Shown: one piece after another, positions 36,885-45,819 of the stretch
Position numbering within the stretch: position 1 is the first letter of the stretch
Layout of the letters: every line of letters begins with the position of its first letter
Source of the DNA: Flavobacteriales bacterium
Lineage (GTDB): Bacteria > Bacteroidota > Bacteroidia > Flavobacteriales > CAJXXR01
DNA length: 64,000 nucleotides
NCBI GenBank assembly: GCA_025210805.1
Contig: JAOAQX010000007.1
Location: forward strand, 180,695 to 244,694
Reading direction: 5' to 3'
Made by a program: the position numbers and the translations under genes
The notes under the pieces: generated by a model
What the model was told of the DNA's origin: nothing
Seen by the model: the letters and a program-made list of their open reading frames with translations, nothing else
The model's database searches: none

Positions 36885-39355
36885 TGCAATTAAACGCCAA
36901 AGAACTATTAGCGATCTCTCAGGATTCAGAAAGTAAAATTTTTGATTATAATCAATCAATTCATCAAGTAATTATTGATAGTAGAATAACGGTTTCTAAT
37001 CCTCAAGAAGTTCTTTTTGTAGCCTTAAAAGGAACTCAATTTGATGGTCATGATTTCGTAAAAGCACTTATTAAAAAAGGCTTTTATAATTTTTTGGTAG
37101 AATATATCCCTACTGATTTAGAAGATGAATCAGTTAATTTTTTTGTTTGCGAAGATTCTTTAAGTACTTTACAGGATATCGCAAAAAAATATCGCAAAAA
37201 ATTGCGATTCCCCATTCTCGGGATCACAGGTAGTAATGGGAAAACAGTAGTGAAAGAATTTATCTATCATCTACTTTGTAAAGAATATCATATTAGCCGT
37301 TCTCCTAAAAGTTTCAATTCCCAGATAGGCGTTCCTTTATCTGTTCTAGAAGCAGAAGAAGGAAGTGATTATGGAGTGTTTGAAGCAGGAATATCCGAAA
37401 TAAATGAGATGCGCAAATTGCAAGAAATAATCTTGCCTGAGGTGGGGATATTTACAAATTTGGGCGATGCTCACCAAAAGAATTTTGAATCATTTTCACA
37501 TAAATTTTCTGAAAAATTACAACTTTTTAGAGACTCAAAAACACTGATTATCCATGAGGATTTAGCAAATCAATTTTATCAAGAAATTAAAAACGCTTTA
37601 CCTAATATAAAACTGCTAAAATGGGGGGAAACTTCGACTTCTGAAATAAGAATTTTAGAAATAATCAGAAAAAATAATTTCACAGAAATAACGGTACAAA
37701 TAAAAGCGGAAAAATACACTTTCAAAATTCCCTTTCATGGAAAAATATGGGAGGAAAACGCCTTGCATACTTTTGCCTTTCTTTGGTGTATAAAAATGCT
37801 CCATCCCGAAGTTTTAAAACGTTTTGAAACCTTGCCCTCTATGTCCATGAGACTAGAAAAAACAAAGGGACTTTATCAGTCAATTTTGATAAACGACGCT
37901 TATTCAAACGATACACAATCTCTTTATAGAGCCTTAGAAACGATGAAAGAAGGCGGTGGAGAAAAGTGGTTGATTCTTTCAGATTTTGTGGATGTTTTTA
38001 AGGATAAAAAGACATTCTTCACACAGCTTTCAAAAGACTTATTACAATACCCAAATTACCGAATTATCGGAATTGGAAACGATTGGCAATCTTTTGGATA
38101 TTTGTTTCAGAATTTGATAGAGACTCATGAAAATGCTCAAAACTTTCTAAAATCTTTTGATAAAACCCGTTTAAACAATAAAAGAATTCTCATAAAAGGA
38201 GCTCGACGTTTTGCTTTTGAAAAAATTGTCGAGCATTTTTCACAACGGCCTCATAGTACCATTTTGAATGTCAATTTGGATTATTTAAAGCACAATTTTC
38301 AATACTTTCAAACCCAAATTCCGCAGGATACAGAAATCATTTTGATGCTCAAGGCATTCTCCTATGGAGTAGGGGCTGTAGAGCTCGCTTTGGAGCTCGA
38401 AAAACAGGCAATTTGGGGCTTTGCTGTAGCTTATGTAAATGAAGGTATAGAACTGAGAAATGCAGGGGTAAAAGCGAAAATTATGGTGTTAAATCATCAA
38501 GATTCCTCTATTGATCTCATGATTAAACATCACCTGGAACCCGAAATCTTTCAAAGTTCTATGCTCGTTTCTTGGCAAAATACACTTTCTTCAAAAAAAA
38601 TAGACTCCTACCCTGTTCACATTAAGTTGGATACAGGAATGAATCGCTTGGGTTTTAAACTAGGTGACGACCTCTTTGCCATTGAGACAATTCAAGAATG
38701 CCCAAATATTCAATTGGCTTCTATTTTTTCTCATCTTGCAGATAGTTTTTCTGAAGACGGAAAAAGCTTTACCTGTCAACAAATCAATCAATTTAAAGAA
38801 AGAGCACAGCTTTTCGAAAAAAAATTAAACCAACAAATTCCCCAACATATTCTCAATACCAATGGTATTCTTAATTACCCTCAAGCCAGCTTTGACATGG
38901 TGCGTTTGGGTATTGGACTTTTTGGACTTTCAGTAGCGGAAAAACATCAGAAAAATCTACTTACTGTTCTTTCCCTCACCACTTTTATTAGTCAAATAAA
39001 ATGCCTTGAAAAAGGTGAAGCAGTAGGATACAATAGAAAATTTATTGCCCAAAAACAAACCAAAATAGCCACTATAGGAATGGGATATGCCGATGGGATT
39101 CCAAGAAAGCTCGGAAATGGTGTTTGGGGGGTATTTATTCGTGGCATTTTCTGTCCTTTTGTGGGAGATATTTGCATGGATATGTCTATGATAGATATCA
39201 GTCATCTGAAAGAAATTTCAGAAAATGATGAGGTAGTTCTATGGGATGAACGATTTCCGATTTTAGAAGAATTTGCTAAAAAAGCAGACAGTATCAGCTA
39301 TGAAATCCTTTGTGGTCTTAGTGAACGGATCATGCGAATATACCAACGTGATTGA
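36884..39355 (+). CDS. bifunctional UDP-N-acetylmuramoyl-tripeptide--D-alanyl-D-alanine ligase (MurF) / alanine racemase (Alr)
   Basis: The N-terminal half carries the Mur ligase P-loop GITGSNGKT. The C-terminal half is alanine-racemase-like (PLP lysine context MLKAFSYGVGA, ...GYADGIPR). ATG 36884 overlaps the tdk stop codon (TAATG). Confidence 0.9.
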   Translation: MQLNAKELLAISQDSESKIFDYNQSIHQVIIDSRITVSNPQEVLFVALKGTQFDGHDFVKALIKKGFYNFLVEYIPTDLEDESVNFFVCEDSLSTLQDIAKKYRKKLRFPILGITGSNGKTVVKEFIYHLLCKEYHISRSPKSFNSQIGVPLSVLEAEEGSDYGVFEAGISEINEMRKLQEIILPEVGIFTNLGDAHQKNFESFSHKFSEKLQLFRDSKTLIIHEDLANQFYQEIKNALPNIKLLKWGETSTSEIRILEIIRKNNFTEITVQIKAEKYTFKIPFHGKIWEENALHTFAFLWCIKMLHPEVLKRFETLPSMSMRLEKTKGLYQSILINDAYSNDTQSLYRALETMKEGGGEKWLILSDFVDVFKDKKTFFTQLSKDLLQYPNYRIIGIGNDWQSFGYLFQNLIETHENAQNFLKSFDKTRLNNKRILIKGARRFAFEKIVEHFSQRPHSTILNVNLDYLKHNFQYFQTQIPQDTEIILMLKAFSYGVGAVELALELEKQAIWGFAVAYVNEGIELRNAGVKAKIMVLNHQDSSIDLMIKHHLEPEIFQSSMLVSWQNTLSSKKIDSYPVHIKLDTGMNRLGFKLGDDLFAIETIQECPNIQLASIFSHLADSFSEDGKSFTCQQINQFKERAQLFEKKLNQQIPQHILNTNGILNYPQASFDMVRLGIGLFGLSVAEKHQKNLLTVLSLTTFISQIKCLEKGEAVGYNRKFIAQKQTKIATIGMGYADGIPRKLGNGVWGVFIRGIFCPFVGDICMDMSMIDISHLKEISENDEVVLWDERFPILEEFAKKADSISYEILCGLSERIMRIYQRD

Positions 39356-39380
39356 TGATTTTCTGAAAGATAATAAAAGT

Positions 39381-39424
39381 AAAAGAGCTCAATATTTGAA
39401 CAAAATATTGAGCTCTTTTTTGTA
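39381..39424. terminator. terminator after murF-alr (convergent with the TonB-dependent receptor)
   Basis: Stem AAGAGCTCAATATT/AATATTGAGCTCTT followed by a T-run. Confidence 0.75.
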
Positions 39425-39469
39425 ATGCTAGTATGTTATACCATAAAGTGGCATAAGCATTTCATGGTT

Positions 39470-41722
39470 TTAATCAATACGGTAAGTGATTCCTAAATAC
39501 CATTCTCTCCCGCGGATCGGTCCCCAAGCATAAGCTGTTTCAAAATCCCTAGAAAAAGGGTTTTTTGTATCCAAAATAGGTTTTTTCTGCTTGTAGTTAA
39601 AGATATTTTCTAATCCTGTGTAGAATTTAAACTTCTTGTAATAATAAGAAACTTGTCCGTTTATTAACCAATAGTTCTCGCCTTGTACTAAAGGATTTTC
39701 TGTAGGAACAGGAACAGCACTATTAAAATGCGCATTGAGATCTAGGTGAAGTTTTTCCTCCATAAGTCTATATGAAGTAGCTATTCCGAACTGATGAGGA
39801 ACATAAAATGGTGTTTCATTATATTGCTCATTTTTTTCCATTTGGTTTTGGGTAAAAGTATAAGACAGTTTCAGATCCAATTTTTCTTTATACGTAGATG
39901 AAATCTCTATTTGTCCTCCACGAGATCTACTTTTTTGAAGATTTTTGATGATAATTTCCTCATTATTTTTGCTATAATCATAGAAAACTTGGTTGTCAAA
40001 ATGTGTCTGGTAAACATCTGCACTAAGATAACCTTCCCAATTTTCGGTACTGAAATTTTGCGTAAAATTCAAACCATAATTTAGGGCTTTTTCGGGCATT
40101 AACTCATCAATAACGAGGTTTCTACCTGTGGATAAAACTTTAATGTTTTCAGGAAACAAAAGTGGATTTCGCCACCCAGATCCTATACTTGCTCTAAGGC
40201 TTGAGTTTTCATTTAAATCCCACTTAGTGAGTAATCTTGGAACAAAAAATGCTCCATGCTCTTGGTGATGATCTAGTCTTAATCCTAAAATCATGGTCAT
40301 TCTACTAGGGATTATTTCCGATTTAAACTCTCCAAAAATACTTGCCACTTGGTGATTTTCTGTATAAAGTCCATCAAAGTCTCTTTTTAAAGGATTTTCT
40401 GTAAAGCTAATGTCTTGATCCATATCTAATAATCGAAATCCTGCACCTAATTTATAACTTGATTTCTCATTGAGTCTCACGCTATAAAAAGCTTTGGCGT
40501 AAGCCAAAATCTGTTGTGCATCATACAAAGTGGTTCCATAATAACTTTTTTGATCATGATAAGATGCGGAGAGGTTTACGCTAAGAAAACGATCGTCATC
40601 CCATTTGTAGATGTTTTTAGACCAAAATTCGGGTTGTTTAAATGATACAGATTGTCCATAAACTTCTGTTCCTCCCAAGTGTTTTTCTTTATCAAAGTCC
40701 ATTTGACCACCGAGTCTATCCTCTTGAATATACCTAAAGGTTGTGGTAGAGAAAAACCCCCAATCTTTTTTATTTCCAAACTGGACAGTGTTCAGTACAT
40801 GGAATCGATTAAGTTGAGGTAAATCCATAAAACCATCATCATTATTATCGGTTTTTTGGGCAGGAAATACGGTGTTTAAAGAGAGTAAATTACTCCAGCC
40901 TTTTCCTTTGTATTTATAATGAACATTCCAATGGTTTTCACCAAAATTATTGATAAACATATTGGCGGTAAGCTTTTCTGAGTCATTTGGTTTTTTGAGT
41001 TTTACATCAATTACTCCCGAGATTACATCATAATCTTGCATTACGCTATTTGCTCCTTTTGCTACATCGATGGCGTTGATAAGTGGTCCTGCTATTCCAC
41101 TGGTTCCATAGGTATAATTGAGTCCTTGCTGGAGCGGAAAACCATCAAACATTACTTGATTATAAACTCCTGACACACCCAATAATTGAAGCTCACGAGC
41201 GTAGGTAATCACGTTGGACGTTTTGGTTTTTACAGATTGTTGGGTAGCAAAACTTCCTGCAAGATCACAACAAGCAAATTTGTTTAGTTCTGTTTCCGAT
41301 ACTTGCTCAACTTTTACAGTTTTTAGGTTAGAAATTTTTATTCCTTTCCTTTTTTCCACAAGATCAACTCCTTCTAACTCATTGCTTTCTTCAAGAGTTA
41401 TTTGCTGATAAGTGTTTGGATTCGTTATTTTTAGTTTTTGAGTTTGATATCCCACATGACTAATGACCAAAGTTCTGTTGGTACTAGACGGGAGATTTAG
41501 GGAGAAATTCCCTTGTTTATCAGTAACGGTTCCAATAACGGTATTATCCCAGAATACATTGGCTTCTGATAAGGCATTTTTGTTTTGGTCAACTACATTT
41601 CCGCTTATTTTTTCTTGGGCAAAAGAAAACTGTATGAGCAGAAAAAAGAACCCCAACAAGTAGCCTTTCCCCAAAACGGCAAACTGACTCGCTTTAGGGA
41701 AAAGTGAATAAAGACTTTTCAT
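39470..41722 (-). CDS. TonB-dependent receptor with N-terminal carboxypeptidase-regulatory-like domain
   Basis: 750 aa. It has a signal peptide, a CarboxypepD_reg-like N-terminus (ISGNVVDQNKNALSEANV...DKQGNFSL), a plug region and a large beta-barrel with a C-terminal ...EWYLGITYRID. Confidence 0.85.
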   Translation of the reverse strand: MKSLYSLFPKASQFAVLGKGYLLGFFFLLIQFSFAQEKISGNVVDQNKNALSEANVFWDNTVIGTVTDKQGNFSLNLPSSTNRTLVISHVGYQTQKLKITNPNTYQQITLEESNELEGVDLVEKRKGIKISNLKTVKVEQVSETELNKFACCDLAGSFATQQSVKTKTSNVITYARELQLLGVSGVYNQVMFDGFPLQQGLNYTYGTSGIAGPLINAIDVAKGANSVMQDYDVISGVIDVKLKKPNDSEKLTANMFINNFGENHWNVHYKYKGKGWSNLLSLNTVFPAQKTDNNDDGFMDLPQLNRFHVLNTVQFGNKKDWGFFSTTTFRYIQEDRLGGQMDFDKEKHLGGTEVYGQSVSFKQPEFWSKNIYKWDDDRFLSVNLSASYHDQKSYYGTTLYDAQQILAYAKAFYSVRLNEKSSYKLGAGFRLLDMDQDISFTENPLKRDFDGLYTENHQVASIFGEFKSEIIPSRMTMILGLRLDHHQEHGAFFVPRLLTKWDLNENSSLRASIGSGWRNPLLFPENIKVLSTGRNLVIDELMPEKALNYGLNFTQNFSTENWEGYLSADVYQTHFDNQVFYDYSKNNEEIIIKNLQKSRSRGGQIEISSTYKEKLDLKLSYTFTQNQMEKNEQYNETPFYVPHQFGIATSYRLMEEKLHLDLNAHFNSAVPVPTENPLVQGENYWLINGQVSYYYKKFKFYTGLENIFNYKQKKPILDTKNPFSRDFETAYAWGPIRGREWYLGITYRID

Positions 41723-41742
41723 TTGATCTTAAATGTTTTGTC

Positions 41743-42096
41743 TTAGTATTTTACTTTATAAGGAAAATCTTCTCCAGATTCACAACTAGGAATGGCTTCT
41801 ACCGTTTTCTTAATCGTTTCTTTGCTGGTTTTTTCAGCACTAAAAACAACAAGGAATTTTGTCTTGGCACCCATTTTTCCTTCAATTGTAGCTTCGGTAA
41901 CTCCCTCAGATTCTGTAAGGGCTTTAATAATTTTGGCTACACCATTTTTACATTTAATTCCTTTTACGGAAATAATTACTCGATCATTTTCTATTTCAGA
42001 AATAACAGAAGTAGCTGTAGAAGGTGCTGTAGCAAAAGTTGAAAATGTCACCATATTTAAGGTGAAAACAAGTGTGAATGAAAGTATTTTTTTCAT
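41743..42096 (-). CDS. secreted heavy-metal-associated (HMA)-like domain protein with degenerate metal motif
   Basis: 117 aa with a signal peptide. It has a ferredoxin-like pattern, VIISVKGIKCKNGVAKIIKAL...GV, in place of the canonical GMxCxxC (only one Cys). It lies 20 nt upstream of the TonB-dependent receptor. Confidence 0.5.
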   Translation of the reverse strand: MKKILSFTLVFTLNMVTFSTFATAPSTATSVISEIENDRVIISVKGIKCKNGVAKIIKALTESEGVTEATIEGKMGAKTKFLVVFSAEKTSKETIKKTVEAIPSCESGEDFPYKVKY

Positions 42097-42263
42097 GGTT
42101 TAATTTTTTTTTTGTGAATCATCTCAAGAAAAATAGGTAGTCCTATTCTTGAAGATGAATATTGTACAGACCAAAGAAATCATTCTTTGGTTAAGAATCG
42201 TTCCTTTCTATAATGGAACAAACTAGTCTTCTTTATTATGAAAGAAGATTAGAAAAAGAAAAA

Positions 42264-42626
42264 TTAAACGCTTTTAGGAGGATTCCAAACATCTGTTGTG
42301 GCAATGCTTGAATAAAGATTGATATAGCAAGAAAGCAAAGGCTTTTCTTGATTTTCATGTTTAGGACTTAATCTAAAAAAATCTACTGGTAGAAAGTTAA
42401 TCGACGAATTTACGACCACTTGGTTACAAGTTGTGGGTGTGCAACAAGAAGGAGTACCAGCTTCTTGAGTGTTGTTTACTTTACAGCAACTCATTTCGCA
42501 ATTTGTTCCACAGCTCATCTCAGAATTTTGAGAAAAATCCTGAGCCAAACTATTGTCTAACACCAAGCTAGCGGGTGTTATAAATAGCAGTAATAAACTG
42601 AAAATGATTGAAACAATTGCTTTCAT
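42264..42626 (-). CDS. small Cys-rich membrane-anchored/secreted protein
   Basis: The track start is GTG 42644. ATG 42626 gives MKAIVSIIFSLLLLFITPASL. There are eight Cys in 30 residues (SCGTNCEMSCCKVNNTQEAGTPSCCTPTTC). The C-terminal ...DVWNPPKSV resembles a Bacteroidota short-protein family (DUF6660), from memory only. Confidence 0.5.
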   Translation of the reverse strand: MKAIVSIIFSLLLLFITPASLVLDNSLAQDFSQNSEMSCGTNCEMSCCKVNNTQEAGTPSCCTPTTCNQVVVNSSINFLPVDFFRLSPKHENQEKPLLSCYINLYSSIATTDVWNPPKSV

Positions 42627-42745
42627 TATTTCAAAAGTAAGCACTAAGAATGAATAATGAGTATATAAAATCCAAAAAAATGGTAATATTTATCTTAAAA
42701 AATGTTGTTGATTTATGGATTTGTTATTAGATTTGCACTCGCAAT

Positions 42746-42818
42746 TGGCCTATGGTGTAACTGGCAACACATCTGATTTTGGTTCAGAAGAGTCTAGGTT
42801 CGAGCCCTAGTAGGCCAA
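42746..42818 (+). tRNA. tRNA-Gln (anticodon UUG), copy 1
   Basis: Hand-folded cloverleaf. Acceptor TGGCCTA/TAGGCCA, D-arm GTGT-AACTGGCA-ACAC, anticodon stem TCTGA/TCAGA with loop TTTTGGT, and T-arm CTAGG-TTCGAGC-CCTAG. Confidence 0.88.
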
Positions 42819-42828
42819 CTAATTGCAA

Positions 42829-42901
42829 TGGCCTATGGTGTAACTGGCAACACATCTGATTTTGGTTCAGAAGAGTCTAGGTTCGAGCCCTAGTAGGCCA
42901 A
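42829..42901 (+). tRNA. tRNA-Gln (anticodon UUG), copy 2 (identical tandem duplicate)
   Basis: The 73-nt sequence is identical to copy 1 and lies 83 bp downstream. Confidence 0.88.
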
Positions 42902-42992
42902 CTGCTGATGCAAAAAGGTAGTTTTCTTAATTTTTTTGAAAAAAAAGATTACAACAAAGGAAAAAAATACCATATATTTGCATCCACATTCT

Positions 42993-43074
42993 GCGGCTGT
43001 GGTGGAATTGGTAGACACGCTAGACTTAGGATCTAGTGCCGCAAGGCGTGGGGGTTCGACTCCCTTCAGCCGCA
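42993..43074 (+). tRNA. tRNA-Leu (anticodon UAG)
   Basis: Hand-folded cloverleaf. Acceptor GCGGCTG/CAGCCGC, anticodon stem CTAGA/TCTAG with loop CTTAGGA, a long variable arm (GTGCCGCAAGGCGT) and T-arm GGGGG-TTCGACT-CCCTT. Confidence 0.88.
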
Positions 43075-43084
43075 CAGAAGCAAA

Positions 43085-43119
43085 AACCCGATGAATTTTC
43101 ATCGGGTTTTTTGTTTTTT
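43085..43119 (+). terminator. rho-independent terminator after the tRNA cluster
   Basis: Hairpin AAACCCGATGA-ATTT-TCATCGGGTTT followed by a T-run. Confidence 0.7.
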
Positions 43120-43317
43120 CTAAGCCATAGTTTTTTGGAATCAAGAATAAATATAGCTGGTATAACACAAAAGAATTCATTTCTTATTAGGGAAGCTTTT
43201 ATTTTAAAATAATTTGGTAATTTCACGCTGTAAGCGATTTTAATTTACAGGTTTACACTGAATTTCTGGGGAAAATTATGCTTGTTCATTTGTAACTGTC
43301 ATTGCTCAATCCTGTAA

Positions 43318-43842
43318 CCAAAAAAAACCGAACAAACATTGGAAAAAGAGTTAATAAGAAAAGCTATTTCAGAAATCAATAATCCAACTTTTGTAACTAC
43401 TGAACAATTTATGGAAGTTCATAATGTTGAATTAGAAAATGGAATACCTAAAATATAACGAGTTGATTTTGAGTCATTCTATAAAACAAACGTTGTCTAT
43501 TTACCTATTAAAGATGAACCATTTTTTTTGCGTATTCATTTCTCTAAAGAAAATAATGAAATAACAAATGTTGGAACTGAAAACGGAAATCAAGTATATC
43601 TAACGGCTACTTCAGAGAACCTGACATTCGAACAACTTTCGGAATTGACAATAATGAGCGGACTTTCAGGCTGGAGTGTAAATGAAGTCATAAAAAATGG
43701 AAGAGGAAAATATACTTTTAGTCGTCTATCATTTGAACCAATTAAAAGTCGATTCATAGCAATATTAAAGATATTTTTTTATTCAGGTTTATTACAGGTC
43801 ACTTATTACCCCTTTTTGGTTATAGAATTAAAACCATTTTAA
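43318..43842 (+). pseudogene. gene remnant with in-frame stop (hypothetical protein)
   Basis: The frame is open from 43318 with no start codon. An in-frame TAA at 43456-43458 separates ...EQTLEKELIRKAISEINNPTFVTTEQFMEVHNVELENGIPKI from RVDFESFYKTNVVYLPIKDEPFF(L)RIHFSKENNE... (track ORF 43528..43842, TTG start). It lies directly downstream of the tRNA cluster. Confidence 0.3.
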
Positions 43843-43957
43843 ATCAAGAATAATTGTAATGAGTTTTTTGTAGAAATTCTTTCCTATACCATAAAAATAG
43901 AAAGGATCCTATAATTAGCATTTGCAAGGATTTAGATTCTTATTGAAACAGTCTTCC

Positions 43958-43965
43958 TATCTTTG
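43958..43965 (+). promoter_or_regulatory. candidate Bacteroidota -7 promoter box (TAnnTTTG)
   Basis: TATCTTTG, 22 nt upstream of ATG 43987 (helicase). Confidence 0.4.
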
Positions 43966-43986
43966 TATCCAATTATTTCCTCAAAT

Positions 43987-45225
43987 ATGATGATGCAAGA
44001 AGAAAATAAAAACGCCTTTAGTCATTTAGGTTTACGTGCAAAAGTACTTTCCACCATTAGAGATCATGGTTTTACCGATGCTACAGCCATCCAAAAAAGA
44101 GCTATTCCCGCCATGCTGGAAAGAAAAAACATGATAGGTGTTGCCAGAACAGGAACAGGAAAAACACTTTCTTTTCTTTTACCTATAATAGATCAATGGT
44201 TGGAAGACAAATCACGTCAGTTTTTATTGCTTTGTCCCAGTAAAGAACTTGCTTACCAGCTAAGGGATGAATTGGAGAAATGGCGACCAGATGAACTCAT
44301 GAGTTATGCCATTGTATCTGGAGGAATGAAAGAACGTTCTATTCAAAATTTGAGAAAAAAGAATCCATCGGTAATTATTGCCAATCCCGGAATGCTTGCC
44401 ACTTTACTCTCCAAAAGTAGATTTAACCTTGCTGGAATTTATACTATGGTAATGGATGAAGTAGATCAAATGATGGAAAAAAGCATGAAAGGTGCGGTGG
44501 AAAAAATTCTTGTATCAGTACCTAGCAAATGTCAGAAAGCTTTTTTCTCGGCAACAGTCCCTAAAAACCTGAAAGCGATTATTGAAGAACAGGCAAAAGA
44601 TACTGAATGGATTGAAATTCAAAAACATATTTCCAACAAACTGAATATTGAGGAAAAAGTTTATTATTCAAAAAAAGATGATAAAGAAGAGCTTCTGTTT
44701 CATCTCTTATATGAATATCTTCATCATAAAACTATTCTATTTTTTAATGACCGATTCTTTGCCAGAGACTTTTATCAAGCACTCAAAAAAGCAGATTTTC
44801 AAGTGGAATTTCTTCATGGAAAAAAAGGAAATAATACCCGTTTGAACTCCATTAATCGATTTAGGAATAATGAATTCAATATATTAATTACCACAGATGT
44901 TCTCGGAAGAGGAATTGATATTCCTGATACCACTTTAGTGATCAATGCCGAAGTACCGGATAATAAAGAAAACTATGAACACCGCATAGGAAGAACAGGA
45001 AGATTAGGGAGAAAAGGTATCGCCATTAGTTGTATTTGTGTAGAAGAATTGCAAAAATTCCGTCAAATACAAAAACTTCATAAAGAAACTATTAAGGAGG
45101 TGTATAACCATCCATTTTATGAAAAAATGCCCGAAAATATCATAAAAACAAAACTAAAAAATAGCGGAAAAGACGGTTCAAATGTCCATAGACTGGCTTG
45201 GAATAATCTTTTGAAGGGGAAATAG
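43987..45225 (+). CDS. DEAD-box-type ATP-dependent RNA helicase (DEVD variant)
   Basis: It has the Q-motif region (GFTDATAIQKRAIP), motif I ARTGTGKT, Ia PSKELA, II MDEVD, III SAT, V TDVLGRGIDIP and VI HRIGRTGRLG. The start was moved from TTG 43963 to ATG 43987. A TATCTTTG -7 box lies 22 nt upstream. Confidence 0.88.
   Translation: MMMQEENKNAFSHLGLRAKVLSTIRDHGFTDATAIQKRAIPAMLERKNMIGVARTGTGKTLSFLLPIIDQWLEDKSRQFLLLCPSKELAYQLRDELEKWRPDELMSYAIVSGGMKERSIQNLRKKNPSVIIANPGMLATLLSKSRFNLAGIYTMVMDEVDQMMEKSMKGAVEKILVSVPSKCQKAFFSATVPKNLKAIIEEQAKDTEWIEIQKHISNKLNIEEKVYYSKKDDKEELLFHLLYEYLHHKTILFFNDRFFARDFYQALKKADFQVEFLHGKKGNNTRLNSINRFRNNEFNILITTDVLGRGIDIPDTTLVINAEVPDNKENYEHRIGRTGRLGRKGIAISCICVEELQKFRQIQKLHKETIKEVYNHPFYEKMPENIIKTKLKNSGKDGSNVHRLAWNNLLKGK
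45151..45221 (+). repeat. 71-bp direct repeat, copy 1 (3' end of helicase gene)
   Basis: AAACTAAAAAATAGCGGAAAAGACGGTTCAAATGTCCATAGACTGGCTTGGAATAATCTTTTGAAGGGGAA. It is identical to 45981-46051 except for one C/T difference. Confidence 0.95.
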
Positions 45226-45240
45226 TTAAAACAAATATAA

Positions 45241-45819
45241 ATGAAAAATTTATACATAATAGCAGGTCCAAATGGTGCTGGAAAAACAACAGCATCTTTT
45301 ACAGTACTGCCAGAAATATTGAATTGCCAAGAGTTCGTTAACGCAGATGAAATAGCTCAAGGTTTATCTCCTTTAAATCAAAATGGAGTAAGTGTTCAAC
45401 TACAATCAGGAAGGCTAATGCTACGCCGAATTCACGAATTATTGGAAAAAGGTATTAATTTTGCATTAGAAACTACATTGTCCACAAGGAGTTATATTAA
45501 GTTTATTAAATTAGCTCAAAGTAAAGGATATCTTGTCACGTTACTCTTTTTACATTTAGATTCAAGTGAGTTAGCTATAAAACGTGTTGAGATAAGAGTG
45601 AAAGAAGGAGGACATTCGATACCCGAGAATGTTATTATCCGTAGGTATCAGAGTGGATTAAAGAATTTTTTCCAATTGTTTAATAATGTTGTTAATAAAT
45701 GGGTTCTAGTCAACAACACTCATGGGAGCATGGACGTAATTGCCGAAAAAAATGATGATTCAGTGAGCGTTGTTGATCATGAAGTATGGTGTAAACTTAA
45801 AAAAGAGTATGATGAATAA
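45241..45819 (+). CDS. zeta-toxin-like / COG4185-type P-loop ATPase (kinase fold)
   Basis: 192 aa with Walker A GPNGAGKTT at the extreme N-terminus. The overall pattern (FVNADEIA, ETTLS, hydrophobic strand LLFLHLD) is typical of zeta-toxin/AAA_33-like small kinases, from memory. Confidence 0.72.
   Translation: MKNLYIIAGPNGAGKTTASFTVLPEILNCQEFVNADEIAQGLSPLNQNGVSVQLQSGRLMLRRIHELLEKGINFALETTLSTRSYIKFIKLAQSKGYLVTLLFLHLDSSELAIKRVEIRVKEGGHSIPENVIIRRYQSGLKNFFQLFNNVVNKWVLVNNTHGSMDVIAEKNDDSVSVVDHEVWCKLKKEYDE

Noticed and set aside
41704-42103. Plus-strand ORFs 41704..42042 and 41792..42103, and many similar antisense ORFs inside long genes (for example 4193..4504, 4800..5192, 12753..13073, 16093..16377, 22179..22544, 53618..54097, 61973..62374).
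   Set aside because: Each lies entirely antisense to a longer ORF with recognisable motifs or a signal peptide. Their composition is low-complexity or hydrophobic, as expected for the reverse frame of AT-rich genes.
42632-42639. CAAAAGTA (a -7 box on the minus strand) next to the Cys-rich gene.
   Set aside because: It lies only 6 nt from ATG 42626 and inside the alternative GTG-started ORF. Its position is inconsistent with the 12-31 nt spacing seen elsewhere, so it was not annotated.
42890-43226. Minus-strand ORFs 42890..43180 and 43026..43226.
   Set aside because: They run antisense across tRNA-Gln copy 2, tRNA-Leu and the terminator hairpin, so they are artefacts of ORF calling.
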